From NCBI RefSeq assembly GCF_018977255.1, contig NW_024704742.1, positions 75,022,001-75,086,000 on the forward strand: a stretch of DNA of 64,000 nt, read 5' to 3'. The notes beneath the pieces were generated by a model. The model was not told the DNA's origin, did not search any database, and saw only the letters and a list, made by a program, of their open reading frames with translations. Within the stretch, counting starts at the first letter, position 1. Each line of letters begins with the position of its first letter. Below are positions 12,915 through 25,030 of the stretch, in pieces. The DNA is from Callorhinchus milii (lineage: Eukaryota). The translations under genes were made by a program, and so were the position numbers.

Positions 12915-13336
12915 TTAGTGACTGTATGGAATGAAAGTACAGAATAACAACATGTTTTGTTAATAATTGATTTTACTCAGATTGGTCAATGTGATATATA
13001 TATATACTAAACATACATTTTGTGAGTTTGCCATTTTGTGTTGAGGAAGTGGGCTTCACTTAGAAATATGCTAAAACACTGGAACAGCAATCATTAATTC
13101 AATATTATCCAATGTTGCAAAACATATTCAATGTGATAAAAGCTTTCTTACCAGAAGCTCACAAGCTAATAACATACAGAAACAGGCTGTTCACATACAA
13201 AGTTTTCTCTGTTGAAACATATAGTGAAGTGTGAGATTGAACATAAAGTGCTAACTGTGCTGTGGGATCATTTCTTCACACAAAGAGGTAAAAGAGGGTG
13301 GAAAGCATTGCTTCATAAAGCTGTCGACAGGAAGTA

Positions 13337-13540
13337 TAATAATAATAATAATCCTTGCATTTGATATAGCGCCTTATCACATCAAGAGGTCTCAAAGCAC
13401 TTCACAGAATATACTGGTAAAGTGAATTGATGTTGTGTATTTTGTGGGCGAAACATGATAACTAATTGCACACAGTAGTGTCCCACAAACTGAGCAACCA
13501 AATTTTTATTATTATTTTTGGGAGAGAGATTATTACCCCC
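13337..13540 (-). mobile_element. SINE 3' half
   Basis: Carries the aataataatccttgcatttgatatagcgccttatcac tail. Confidence 0.85.
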
Positions 13541-13645
13541 AAAAAGCAATTTTATAAGAGTATTAAAAGGCATAGAAAAAAATTGGGAACTTGGGATTGA
13601 AAGATTGTCATGATGAAATGGTTGAAATGGCATTTTCCTGTTTAT

Positions 13646-15143
13646 ACATAACATAACATGTAGAAGCAGGAGTAGGCCATTCGGCCCTTCGAGCCTGCCC
13701 CGCCATTCAATCATGGCTGATCTTCTAATCTAACTCCAGCTAATAACCTAACCCTGCCTTATCCCCATATCCCTTAATACCTTTTGCAATAAGAAATCTA
13801 TCTATTTCATTCTTGAATATGTTCAAAGACTGAGCGTCAACAGCCCTTTGGGGTAGTGAGTTCCATACATTCACCACCCTGTGAGTGAAGAAGTTCTTCT
13901 TCAACTCAGTGTGAAAGGGCTGGCCTCTGATTTTAAGGTTGTGACCCCTGGTTTTATTTTCTCCAACCAGGGGAAACAATCTCCCACTATCTACTCTATC
14001 ATGCCCTTTGATCATCTTATAGATTTCTATCAGGTCCCCTCTAATTCTTCTATATTCTAGAGAATATAGGCCCAAATTGGTCAGCCTATCCTCGTAACTC
14101 ATCCCCTTCATCCCTGGTACTACTCTAGTAAATCTACACTGCACCCCCTCCAAGGCAAGTACATCCTTCCTTAAATAAGGAAACCAAAACTGGACACAGT
14201 ATTCCAGGTGTGGTCTCACCAGGGCCCTATACAGTTGCAGCAAGACTTCCCTACTCTTATACTCTAATCCTTTCATAATGAATGCTAACATACCGTTCGC
14301 CTTCCTAATTGCTGCTGCACCTGCAGACTAACTTTCTGTGATTGGTGTACAAGGACACCCAAGTCCCTCTGGACGCTAACACATTCCAATCTCTCCCCTT
14401 CTAAAAAATAACCCGCTCTACTGTTTTTGCTACCTAGGTGGATGACTTCGCACTTCCCTACATTATACTTCATCTGCCACCTACCTGCCCAATCACCTAA
14501 CCTATCTATGTCTCGCTGCATTTTGTTAATGTCATCCTCTGTGTTGACACTTCCTCCTTGTTTTGTGTCATCCGCGAATTTAGATATATTAACTTCGATG
14601 TCCTCATCAAGATCATTGATGTAGATGGTAAATAGCTGAGCCCAAGGACTGATCCTTGTGGTACTCCACTAGTCACATCCCGCCAATCTGAAAAGGACCC
14701 ATTTATCCCTACTCTTTGTTTCCTACCCATTAACCATTCCCCAATCCACGTTAATATGCTCTCCCCAATTCCGTGGGATCTTTTGGACTAACCTTTTATG
14801 CGGCACCTTATTGAATGCCTTCTGGAAGTCCAAATAGACCACCTCCACTGATTCACCCTTATCTAGTTTACTCGAAATATCCTCAAAACACTCTATGAGA
14901 TTTGTCAAAATCTCCCTTTTGTAAAGCCATGTTGACTTGGCCTAATTATATTGTGCTCCCCTAAATACCGCACTACCACATCCTTAATCAATGATTCTAA
15001 AATTTTTCCTTTCACTGATGTGAGACTAACTGGCCTGTAGTTCCCCATCTTTTCCTTTCCACCTTTTTTAAATAGTGATGTGACATTTGCGATCTTTTAA
15101 TCCATGGGGACTGTTCCAGAATCCAAGGAATTTTGGAAGATCA
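13646..15143 (-). mobile_element. CR1 LINE, 1.5-kb 5'-truncated RT and 3' UTR, frameshifted
   Basis: ORFs encode VVYLDFQKAFNKVPH, SGVPQGSVLG, LYRALVRPHLEYCVQFW and RGDLIEIYK. The tail ends in (ATGTT)n. Confidence 0.95.
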
Positions 15144-15339
15144 GACACAAGAACTCCACATTCTTATGAATCTGTTAAGAACGACATATTTTATCCTCCT
15201 GGATACCTGCCAGCACTTATTGATAAATATTTTCACCTTGTGGAGGAAATAGAAACAAACAAAATGGTGAAAATCCTGAGGAAATATTGACCTGTCTCAA
15301 TGACCTGTAAAAGGCTTGGAGAAGGTGTGCTAATTAGTC

Positions 15340-15800
15340 TGGCCAATTATCCCAGGAACATACAGTACAGACAACACATGCACTGTTCATGGTGCACGTA
15401 CATTGCCAATGCACTGAAATGGGTCATGGTTTGAACCAATAGAAAAGTGCGGCCACAGTTTTTACCGCGGAATCTGCTGTAAGTAGCGCCCTCCGCTGTA
15501 AGCCCGCAAACAAATGAAGCTTGTGCTCCCGGGCCTGACATCACTGTGGGCAGAGCTGCTAGAAGTGGTGTAGCGCAACGGACTTGTGAGAGACCAGGCA
15601 GAGTCACACAGGGCTGGTGAAGCAGACCTGGGAGGAACGACGCTCAATGGCGGGCGAAGCGAAAAGCAGACCAGGTAGAGGCAACCGCTGGCCTCTCAAC
15701 GCTGCTGTTTACCTGACGTCACTGGGTGAGTGGGCTCTGGACTCGTATGAGTAGGACGGGTAAGTGGACGATGGGCTTGGCTCCACTCGGAGGCCCCACT
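15340..15800. promoter_or_regulatory. CpG-rich intronic element with CTCF-like, CCAAT and CRE motifs
   Basis: About 20 CpG in about 350 bp. Minus-strand CAGCGGAGGGCGCTA at 15484-15498; CCAAT at 15343, 15406 and 15436; TGACGTCA at 15714-15721. Confidence 0.5.
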
Positions 15801-16570
15801 GCTGTGACTGTCTGTGAGTCTCTGTTTGTGAGTGAGTGTGTGTCTCTATATATGTTTGTGAGTGTATGTGTAAGTGTGCCTGTGTGTCTCTTTCTCTCTC
15901 TGTGTGTTTGTGAGTGTCTATGTGAATGTGTGTGTGTGTCTATCTCTTTATATATGTGTGTGTGTTTGTGAGTATGTCTGTCTGTGTCTCTTCTATATGT
16001 ATCTGTGTTTATGAGTGTCTCAGTGTGAATGTGTATGTGTGTCTTTCTCCTCTGTCTATGTGTGTGTATGTTTCTTTGTGTCTATGAGTGTGTATATCTC
16101 TCTCTCTGAGAATGTGTCTCTCTATGTCTGTGAGTGTCTGGCTGTGTGTCTGTGAGTGTGTGTGTCTCTCTGCATCTGTGAGTGAGTGTGTCTCTCTGTG
16201 TCTGTGAGTGTGTGTGTCTGTGCGTGAGTGAGTGTGTCTCTGTGTTAGTGTGTGTGCCTCTCTGTATCTGTGAGTGTGTGTCTGTGAGTGAGTGAGTGTG
16301 TCTCTGTGTTAGTGTGTGTGCCTCTCTGTGTGTCTCTGAGTGTATGTGTCTCTGAGTGTGTGTCTCTCTGTGTCTGTGAGTGTGTGTGTCTCTCTGTGTC
16401 TGTGAGTGTGTGTCTCTCTGTGTCTGTGAGTGTGTGTCTCTCTGTGTCTATGAGTGTGTGTCTCTGTGTGTGTATGTGAGTGCGTGTGTCTTTGAGTGCG
16501 TGTGTGTCTCTCTGTCTCCGAGAGTGTGTGTGTGTGTTTCTCTCTTTCCCTAGGTCTCTGTATCTGTGTG
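15800..16570. repeat. Compound (TG)/(TC) microsatellite-like tract
   Basis: Degenerate units such as tgtgagtgtgtgtctctctgtgtc. Confidence 0.95.
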
Positions 16571-17227
16571 CAGTGCTAGTAACTGGTGAGCAGTTCGCAG
16601 TCCAGCTGTGTCCCCCACCCCAATGGGCCACCCAGTTTTTGTTAAAGAAAAAATGAATAAGTGTGTTGTAACAGTCTAAATTGTATTATTTCCTCATGTT
16701 TAGTTTTTATTAATAGTTAGAAAATGTAGGTTGGCAGTAAAATGTACCTCAATAGCATCAATCAACACCCTGCAACTTTCTGCAAAATTTGTCAAAATTT
16801 CCCTGCATTTTGTGGCAAATATTTCTGCAGTTTTCTATTGGCCAGGTCATGGCCATATATTTTTGAAAGTCAGCCATACCGGAAACTCAGCCACATCGAA
16901 TAATTCACCCATACTGGAGGAATCAGCCGTACTGCAAGTCTCTGGAACTTCTAAATGAATTCCCTCTTATTGATATTAATGTTAATCAAGTTTTTTATAA
17001 TCATCCCATTATTTGTGTCACAATATTCATGTCCAAAAGATCTCCATTTAAGATATCTTCCTCAAGTGCTACAAGAAACTTAGGTCTAGAAATAATGAGT
17101 ATTTCCTGGTAATGTTTCACTGACCAGTCCACACACTCATTTGTTAAAGGTCTTAAAGGTGACTTACTGCTGAAGGTAAAGCAAGGCAAACAATCAGCCC
17201 TTTTAAGATACTGAATTGTTATACGAG

Positions 17228-17865
17228 AACCCCGCAACATTGCCCGCCACCACCTTTCACCACAGGCCGCCGAGACCCTGATCCACGCTTTCATCACTTC
17301 GCGGCTTGACTAAACCAACTGCCTACTCGCTGGACTTTCCAACTCTTCCTTCCACAAGCTGCAGATTATTCAGAACTCTGCAGCTCGCGTGCTTTCCCGC
17401 ATCAGACTCCGAGAACCAATCACACCGTTCATTGGCTCCCCATCCCTCAGAGAATCAAGTACAAAACCCTCTCACCTTCAAAACCCATCACGGTCTTCTT
17501 CTCCCCTACCTCTCCGACCTCCTAGCCCTATATCTGTTTGTCTTCTCCCTCTGCTCGGCAGATACCGGCCTGCTTCAGGTCCCCGCACTTCCCACCCCAC
17601 CCTTGGTGGTCGGGCATTCAGGATCTCTACCCCCACACTCTGGAACTCTATCCTATAATGCCTCTGCCTCATTCCTTCTCTTGCCTCCTTCTAAGGACCT
17701 TCCTCTTCGACCGTGCCTTTGACCACCCTCCCACCCCCACCACCCCTGCCCGCCACCAGTCTTGACCCCCAACTCCCCGCTCGGGTCCAAGAAACCCTGA
17801 CTGTCCAGTGCCTTGGGACGTCTTTCTGTTGTGAAGGGTGCTATATAAGTCTAATTTGTTGTTGT
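17228..17865 (+). mobile_element. L2 LINE 3' fragment
   Basis: gccgagaccctgatccacgctttcatcac (AETLIHAFIT), GGRAF, and a ccttgggacgtc...(TTG)n tail. Confidence 0.88.
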
Positions 17866-18466
17866 CCATTGAGTCTGGATAAGTCTGATGTCAAGGCCCC
17901 TATTTCAGGTTCTACTCTCACTACTACTCACTCTAGACAAATTTCAATTGTAAAATAAACTACAATAAATTTTAATTTACGTTTTATCATCAGCAACTTC
18001 CAATGTTTTTATATGATTTTAAACAACAATAAATGTATTTTTCACCTCCTGTGTGACCTCTTATCACTCTAGGAATCCTGTCAGAGGTCATCCAAAGTCA
18101 TGTTTAACCCAGTGAATCAAGACTTTTCCAGCACAGTAAATAGAGCCATTTGCTATGGAATCATGTCATAAAGCTTGGCTGAAAGCCCAAACCACTAAAT
18201 CCCTGTTTTATTAAAACTGTGCCAGAAATACAGATGCAGACTTGTTAGACCCACATTTTGCACCCTGTCACGTTATTCCTGGCAGTAAAATAAGCCGAAC
18301 AAAACTGTCAAATTAGCATATCTTGTATAAATTAACTTGTATAAATTAAACTTCCAAAGTTATTTGCATGCAAAATGCCCAACAATCAGAATTGAATACA
18401 ACTTAGTTATGAGGTTTGTGTCCAATAGCTCTGCCAGTTTCTCCAATAACTGCCCCAGCCATACAG

Positions 18467-19422
18467 CACAACAACAACAACAACAACTTGGATTTATATG
18501 GTGCCCTCCACGCCGGACGGTGTCTCAGAGCGCTTCACAATAACGGATCTTGGGACCGAGCTAGGGGGAGGGGGAGGAAGGTGACCAAAGGCGCGGTCGA
18601 AAAGAAAGGTCTTCAGCCGAGACCTGAAAATAGGAAGAGAGGGGACGAGGTGAAGGGAGTGAGGAAGGGAGTTCCAGAGCCTCGGGGCATAATGGCCGAA
18701 GGCACGGCCGCCGAAGATGGAGCGGAGGACTCGGGGGACGAGGAGGAGGCCAGACCCGGAGGATCAAAGGCAACGGGTACTGTTTTGAGGAGAGAGGTCA
18801 GAGAGGTAGCAGGGTGCAGAGGAGTGCAGGGACTTGAATACAAGGGTGAGGATCTTGAAATTGATCCTCTCTGAGATAGGCAGCCAGTGCAGTCTGGCAA
18901 GGACTGGGGTGATCGGGAGCGGAGTTTCGTCCGGGTGAGAATGCGGGCAGCAGAGTTTTGAATGATTTGGATTTTATGGATGGTAGTGGATGGGAGACCG
19001 GCGAGGAGGGCGTTAGATTAGTCCAGCCGAGAGGTGACAAATGCATGGACTAGGGTTTGAGCGGCTTTTGGAGTGAGGTATTGGCGGAGATGGCCGATGC
19101 GTCAGAGATGGAAGAAAGCGTGCTGGTGAGGGACCGGATGAGGGGGAGGAAGGATAATTGGGGGTCGAACCTGACCCTAGGTTGGGTACGGGTTCGGAGA
19201 GTTTTAGGGGGAAGTCGGATAGGTGGAGGAGGTGAGAGCCGTGAGATTTTAGACGTTGACGAGAGCGAAAGAGTATGGCTTCCGTCTTGTCAATGTTCAG
19301 CTGAAGGAAATTTGCGCTCATCCAGCCCCTGAAATCTGACAGGCGGTTTTTTTCAGGAGGAGGGGGATGACAGCAGTTTTAAGGGAGGCAGGGACTGATC
19401 CGGAGGAGAGGGACTGCACAAT
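18467..19422 (-). mobile_element. L2 LINE 3' fragment with internal deletion
   Basis: Encodes MSANFLQLNIDKTEAILF; (CAA)n tail on +; 19345-19422 matches the RT region near 46100. Confidence 0.85.
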
Positions 19423-19527
19423 GAGCAGGGCAGGCAGGGAGCTACAGGGCAGTGAGCAGGGCAGGCAGGCAACTACGGGGTAGTGAGCAGGGCAGGCGGG
19501 GAGCTACAGGGCAGTGAGCAGGGCAGA
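19422..19527. repeat. 31-bp minisatellite, about 3.4 copies
   Basis: Unit tgagcagggcaggcagggagctacagggcag. Confidence 0.9.
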
Positions 19528-19533
19528 GCTTCA

Positions 19534-19815
19534 GTTTCTATTCCTGCTCTCTGCTGAGTCACTTGATCTCAGCTGGAGCTACATCATGTTTCTTCTCTTA
19601 GTCCAGTTCCTGGGCTAAGAGAAGAAACATCAGCCAATGTTTGCTTTGTTGATTTCTGTCCAGAAAACCTCTGCCAGGGATATGTGTGTGTGTGGATGTC
19701 AGGGAAGAAATGGAATTAGATCCATCTCCTTTCCCATCACTGTCTTAGACCTTAATAATAGCCATTTGGATAAAGTGCTGGAAGATCACTGACATCCAAG
19801 AGAACATATAAGGAA
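19534..19815 (+). mobile_element. LF-SINE-like relic
   Basis: Blocks tgctgagt...gatctcagctgg, cctgggctaagag...atcagcca, gtgtgtggatgtcaggg and gccatttggataaagtgctgga occur in the order recalled for the LF-SINE consensus. Confidence 0.6.
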
Positions 19816-20454
19816 ATGGAGTTTTCGCTAAATTGAAGCAAAAAGATTATGGGAGTAAAAAGGAAAAAGATTTTAAAAAGTACATTAAACCCTGGCTGGC
19901 CCAACCAATGAGGGAGAAAGCTGGTCAGGCGAGCTGGAATTCCTGGCTAAATGTGATTAGAACAACAGGAATGGCATTTACCGGGTTTTTACAAAAATGC
20001 AGGTACTGTCATGGTAATTGGTTAATCCCACAACCTGAAGATAGTGATAAACACAGTGCATAAACCTCCCATAATTCATATCAGTTGGGACCATCCATTT
20101 AATATGATTTAGGCGAAGTATGAGTTATGTCAAACATGCATAAGTCATATCATATATGATTTATGTAAAGTTAAGTATAAATCAGATTTTATATGACTTA
20201 CGCATAACAAGTACACAAGTTCTGAATTGACTGGTGATATTAGGGCAAGGTTTCTGTACCATGTTTAACCCAGGCATATTAAAGCTATGGTAGCCCATTC
20301 TTTCCATATACAGCACTGCACAGTACTCTTTTATGTGCAGAAAACAGGTACTGTATAATGAATGGCACAATCAAAACAGAATTGTTTTATTACAATATAA
20401 ACTTTTACAAAGACTCTTTCACATGAGCGGGGTGATCCAACCTTTTATACTGCC

Positions 20455-20711
20455 CTCACCCCCTCTCTCTCCCCCTCTCTCAATCACTCTTCCCTCTCTC
20501 TCAATCACCCTCTCTCCCCCCTCTACATTTCTCTCTTTCTCTATCACTTTCCCTCCTTCACTCTGTTTCTCTCTCTCCCCCTCTCACTTTCATTTTTTCT
20601 CTCCCTCAAGTACTGTTGCTCCCCTCTCTCTCTTCCTCTCTTCTTTCTACCATGCAGGAACATCTGCCAGATAGTGAGCCATGTGGCTGATTGAGAGAGA
20701 GAGAGAGAGAG
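20455..20711. repeat. Polypyrimidine (CT-rich) tract followed by (GA)n
   Basis: Read directly from the sequence. Confidence 0.9.
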
Positions 20712-21424
20712 GGTGCTCCCAACCATGAATTGTTGCCCTTGCCTTGAGAGGACTGTGGTGAGAGGGAACAGACAGCCCGGAGTTTTTCTTTCCTCTCTGT
20801 GCGGTTTTGTTTGAGGTAGGTGCGGGAATCAAAGTTTTGATCCGGCAGCTGATAAGTGTGGCAGCAGTTTTATGTTACGCGATTATTAATAAGACTAGTG
20901 CGGATACATTTAAGTGGATTTAATATGAAATTGAATGGGACTGGGGCAGATGTACGATTTAGGTGATTATCCGATTTATACAGATCAGACTGTAAGTTTT
21001 ACTGTATCTTCAGCTCGCGGGATTCAAATAGTCTGAGTCACAGGGGATCTCCTGCCTGGTACCCAGAGCAGGCAGGGGTGGCACTGTGAGGCAGTGAGGA
21101 CAGGCAGGGATGGCACTTTGGGGCAGTGAGCAGGCAGGCAGGCGTGCTCTGGAACAGCGGACATGTATTTAATGTTTGTGTTTGGGACCTGGTGCAGTTC
21201 GGTACAAAGCCCGGACACCCAGAGTGCAGTAAAGCTGGGGGTGACTGTAGCTCCTTTAAGGGTCCATTTTGGAGTCTGATTGATATATTAGTGGGTTTGA
21301 AGTAAGACAAATCTGCAGATCCAGATGATTTGACCAAAGGGCATTAAAACTAATGAAGCAATTGGGAGTTCCTTTCATTGGAATCTTTCAAAGCTTGCTA
21401 TATTTGGGGAAATGAATGATAAGC

Positions 21425-21830
21425 CTTACATTTGATGTAACTCCTTTCACATCGAGAGGATGTCATAAAGAGCTTCTCAGAATTTACTGTAATGTCCAGT
21501 GGTTTCATATTTGCAGAGAAATGTGCAGACAATTTGCATATTTATAGCAATATCCCACAAACAGGTACAAAATGAATGACAATTTTATTTGGGGGATTGT
21601 TGGCCAGGACTCCGGGAGAAACTACCTTCTCTTTTCGAATAGTGCCATGGGATCTTTAACGTCCATCTGAAAGGCAGATGGGACCTCGATTTAATGTTTC
21701 ATCCGAAGGATGACTCCTCCAGTATGGTACTGGAGTATTGTTTATATAATTTCCAAGTCCCGATGTGAGTCTTTAACCCATAGCCTTTGACTCAAAGGCA
21801 AGAGTGATACCAACTGAAACAGGCTGACAC
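21425..21830 (-). mobile_element. Older Deu-domain SINE (SacSINE1/AmnSINE1-like)
   Basis: Core gaatagtgccatgggatctttaacgtccatctgaaaggcagatgggacctcgatttaa. Related copies lie at about 22564, 27910, 38560, 39338, 43345 and 63240. Confidence 0.75.
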
Positions 21831-21959
21831 CTGGTACCAATATCAGAAGATAGAAAGCAGCAGATGTGACATCAATATTCAAAAAAAGGAAAACCAAGTA
21901 ACTATGGGCCTGTGAATTTAACATCTGTTGTCGGCAAGTTATTGGAATCCATCATCAGA

Positions 21960-22274
21960 AGTCCTGTAGCTCAGTGGTTAGAGCACTCGCTTTGCAAGCG
22001 AGAGACCTGAGTTCAATTCCAGGCAGGGCGAAACCTTGGGCAAGTTTCCTTACTCCACACGCCTAATAATAATCACTCCAAAAAAACAAAACAATAATAA
22101 ATTGGTCATTTTCAATCTACGACTGTTTGTGGGACATTGCTGTGCGCCATTGGCTGCCGCGTTCGCCCACAAATATACAGTCAATTCACTTTACAGTATA
22201 TTCTGTGAAGCGCTTTGAGACGTCCTCCCGACCTGAAAAGCGCTATATCAAATGCAAGGATTATTATTATTATT
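21960..22274 (+). mobile_element. SINE (short subfamily) inserted into a CR1 relic (about 21870-22560)
   Basis: Near-identical to 4212-4531; flanked by a target-site duplication ATCAGA. Confidence 0.93.
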
Positions 22275-23702
22275 ATCAGAGACAGAATAATTGAGCGTCT
22301 GGATAAACGTATACAGATTAGGGTGATACTGTGAAAGGCCGATCATGTTTAATACAGTTTTTTGAGAGCTGAAAGATAAAGTAGAATTGTTGAATGTTAT
22401 TTGTAAGGATTTCAGATAGCATTTCATAAGGTATCTTAAAGGAGATTTCCAGCTTGTATTAATATGCATGGAATTGAAAGCAATATTACAAAAGGTTAAG
22501 AAATTGGTTGGGAGGCAGAAGGCAGAGAATTCTGATAAAAAGGCATTCACCAATTACTTGGAGAATAATAATAATAATCCTTATATTTGATATAGCCTTT
22601 TTCACACAGGGAAGATGTCTAAAAGCATTTCACTGGATATATTGCAAAGTGCAGTGATTGTACTTTGTAAGCAAATGCTGCAGCCAGTTTTTGCACAGCA
22701 TTGTCCCATAAATAGTTTTGAAGTGAATGACAAATTCTATTTGAGGATTGTTGCCCAGCACCTTGGAAAATAAATCTCTTATTTTACGAATAGTGCCATG
22801 GGATCAGTATATTCAGTGTGAAGCGCTTTGAGATGTCTCGAAGATGTGAAAAAGGCGCTATATCAAATGCAAGGATTATTATTATTAAGTCAATTATTCA
22901 TTCCTGATCCATAATAATAAATATCTCTATCCAGTTGCAATGCAGGGCTCAGTTGGTAGATACTCTGAATGTTTAAAGTTTCTGTTATTCCTTGCTGTAA
23001 GCCTTGATCATTTACCTTCAAAAAGCACAGCAGTGTTTGCAAACCAGCTGGCACAGTTCCTTGCTTTGATTTCTCTCGTTGGCAACCAATTAAGAGTCAG
23101 TCACAGGACTCAGAAAAGATAGGTGGAGGTGTCCATTGTGCCTTTTCTGATCTTAATTGTTTTACGCGAGAATGGACAAACTTTTGACCTCACTGTGATA
23201 AATGTCAATACTCGAGAAGGGAAACTTCCAATTTTGGCACTCGTCGTTGGCATCAAACACTCCTGAGTCAGGTAGAGCACAAGTGAATGTTTCCTTGACT
23301 TTGTACCAACACAATTCTTTGCTTATCCATCCATCACTCTGGTGTGTATTTTCCAATTTAAAGCCAGTAGCAGCAAATTCAAACCAGTTTTTTTTTGCCA
23401 TGAACAAGTGCTTCGTGGAACCGCTCCGTTCTCATTTTATGGAGCAACTAAATGAAATAAAATTTCAGTAAAATACCAGATTGCCTCAGGATTCCCGTAG
23501 AAGTTATTCCCGTGTAACCCACGCTCTCCGGTGGGTTGGGATTTTACGGACCCCCAACTAGCACCTGGTGTCTGACCATCACCGCAGCCATCAAAACATG
23601 AGGGCATTTTTAATAAAAATGTTATGGTTTATTGTTCTAGAATATGGTGGTGTTTAATTTTATCCATTGGAACAGTTATTTATTTTATAATTGATATTAA
23701 TA

Positions 23703-23818
23703 CCTCCCTCTCCCCTCCCCTCTCTCCTCTCTCTCCCCTCCCTCTCCCCTCCCCTCTCTCCTCTCTCTCCTCTCCCCTCCCCTCCCCTCCTCTCTCCCCT
23801 CCCCCTCCCCCCCTCTCC
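23703..23818. repeat. Homopyrimidine tract (CCCCT/CT)
   Basis: About 115 nt almost entirely C/T. Confidence 0.95.
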
Positions 23819-24269
23819 TGAAAAGCCTGAATTTGCAAACATTAGGAAATGAAATGAGCAAAGACCAGATAGATGGTTCCAACTGACTGAATCATCTCTG
23901 GGCTCTGACACGCTACCCCACATAAAAGATGCGATATAAATACAAGTTGTTGGTGTTGTTGGAAATTTGGAACAGATGCAAGGTTCCTCTTGATGAAAAA
24001 TTGACAATTTACCTTCTTCAGGAACGTAAGGGCGCTGGAGCGAGTAATGAGACTTGAAGCAGCTTTTATGAACTGTTGTGTTTTGCTGTTTATATTTTGA
24101 ATAATTCTGGACACGGCCATTAGAAAAGCTACTGCCATTAAAGTTACAACACATTCAGTCTCTGGCTTAATGGCCTGCATAAAGCATGAACAGAAATCAA
24201 TCAAAGACTTCAGTGCCAGTAAAGAAAAATAGATTCCATTACATGTACAGTTTGACTTAAGGTAAATGG

Positions 24270-24465
24270 TAATAATAATATAATCCTTGCATTTGATATA
24301 GCACTTTTCACGTCTTCTCGACATCTCAAGCGCTTCACAGAATAATAATAATAATAATCCTTGCATTTGATATAGTGCTTTTCACGTCGGGAGGTCGTCC
24401 CAAAGCGCTTCACAGAACACACTGTAAAGTGAATTGACTGCATATTTGTGGGCAAAACGCGGCAG
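24270..24465 (-). mobile_element. Two tandem SINE 3' tails of different loop type
   Basis: aataatccttgcatttgatatag occurs twice. One copy continues tcttctcgacatctc, the other cgggaggtcgtccc. Confidence 0.85.
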
Positions 24466-24499
24466 CATTTGGTGACTCAAACACACAGAAATGCTTATT

Positions 24500-25030
24500 G
24501 CAATATCAGCAACAGCAATTTGCATCTAGCTGTCTTGAAGCACTTCACAAAGACGGGGTTGGACGCAATGCAAGAGAAGACTAAGAGGGGAGGAGATGAC
24601 TGGAGACACAGTGGAAGAGGTAGATTTTGAGGTAGGACTAAAAGACGGGGCAAGATAGTGGGAGCGAGTTCCTGTATTTAGGGGTATAACAACTAACAGC
24701 TTAGCCACCAATAGTTGTGCAGAGGGGTAGGGGCACACAGCGAGCCTGAGTTGGCCGAATGGAGTGGGCGAGCAGAGCAGTGGGCTAGTAAAAGATCAGA
24801 GGGCTCAGAGAGACCAGGACGTGAAGGGATTTACAAGTAAAGATGAAGATCTTGAAATCGATCCATTGAGTGAAGTTCAGTGGAGCCTGGCGAGGACTGG
24901 GGTGATTGACATTGCTGAGTTTTGGATTAGCTGGAGTTTTATGGGTGGTGGAATTGAAGACACCAGTGAGAATTGCATTTGAAATTCTAGGTAGGAGGTA
25001 CCAAAGGCCTGAATTAGGGTTTAGGTGCCA
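24500..25030 (-). mobile_element. Old L2 3' fragment
   Basis: gatgaagatcttgaaatcgatcc...cagtggagcctggcgaggactggggtgat corresponds to the ITPVLARLH region. Confidence 0.7.

Noticed and set aside
16245..16631. 128-aa His/Thr-repeat ORF
   Set aside because: Translation of the TG/TC microsatellite.
19422..19527. CRISPR-like array
   Set aside because: Head-to-tail tandem units with no unique spacers, no cas genes, and a vertebrate context.
23162..24366. ORFs at 23162-23471 and 23660-24366 as a gene or pogo-like transposase (GWISKEL)
   Set aside because: Only a short, ambiguous motif; the ORFs run through SINE tails and low-complexity sequence, with no splice or domain support. A TBLASTN/HMM search would be needed to revive it.
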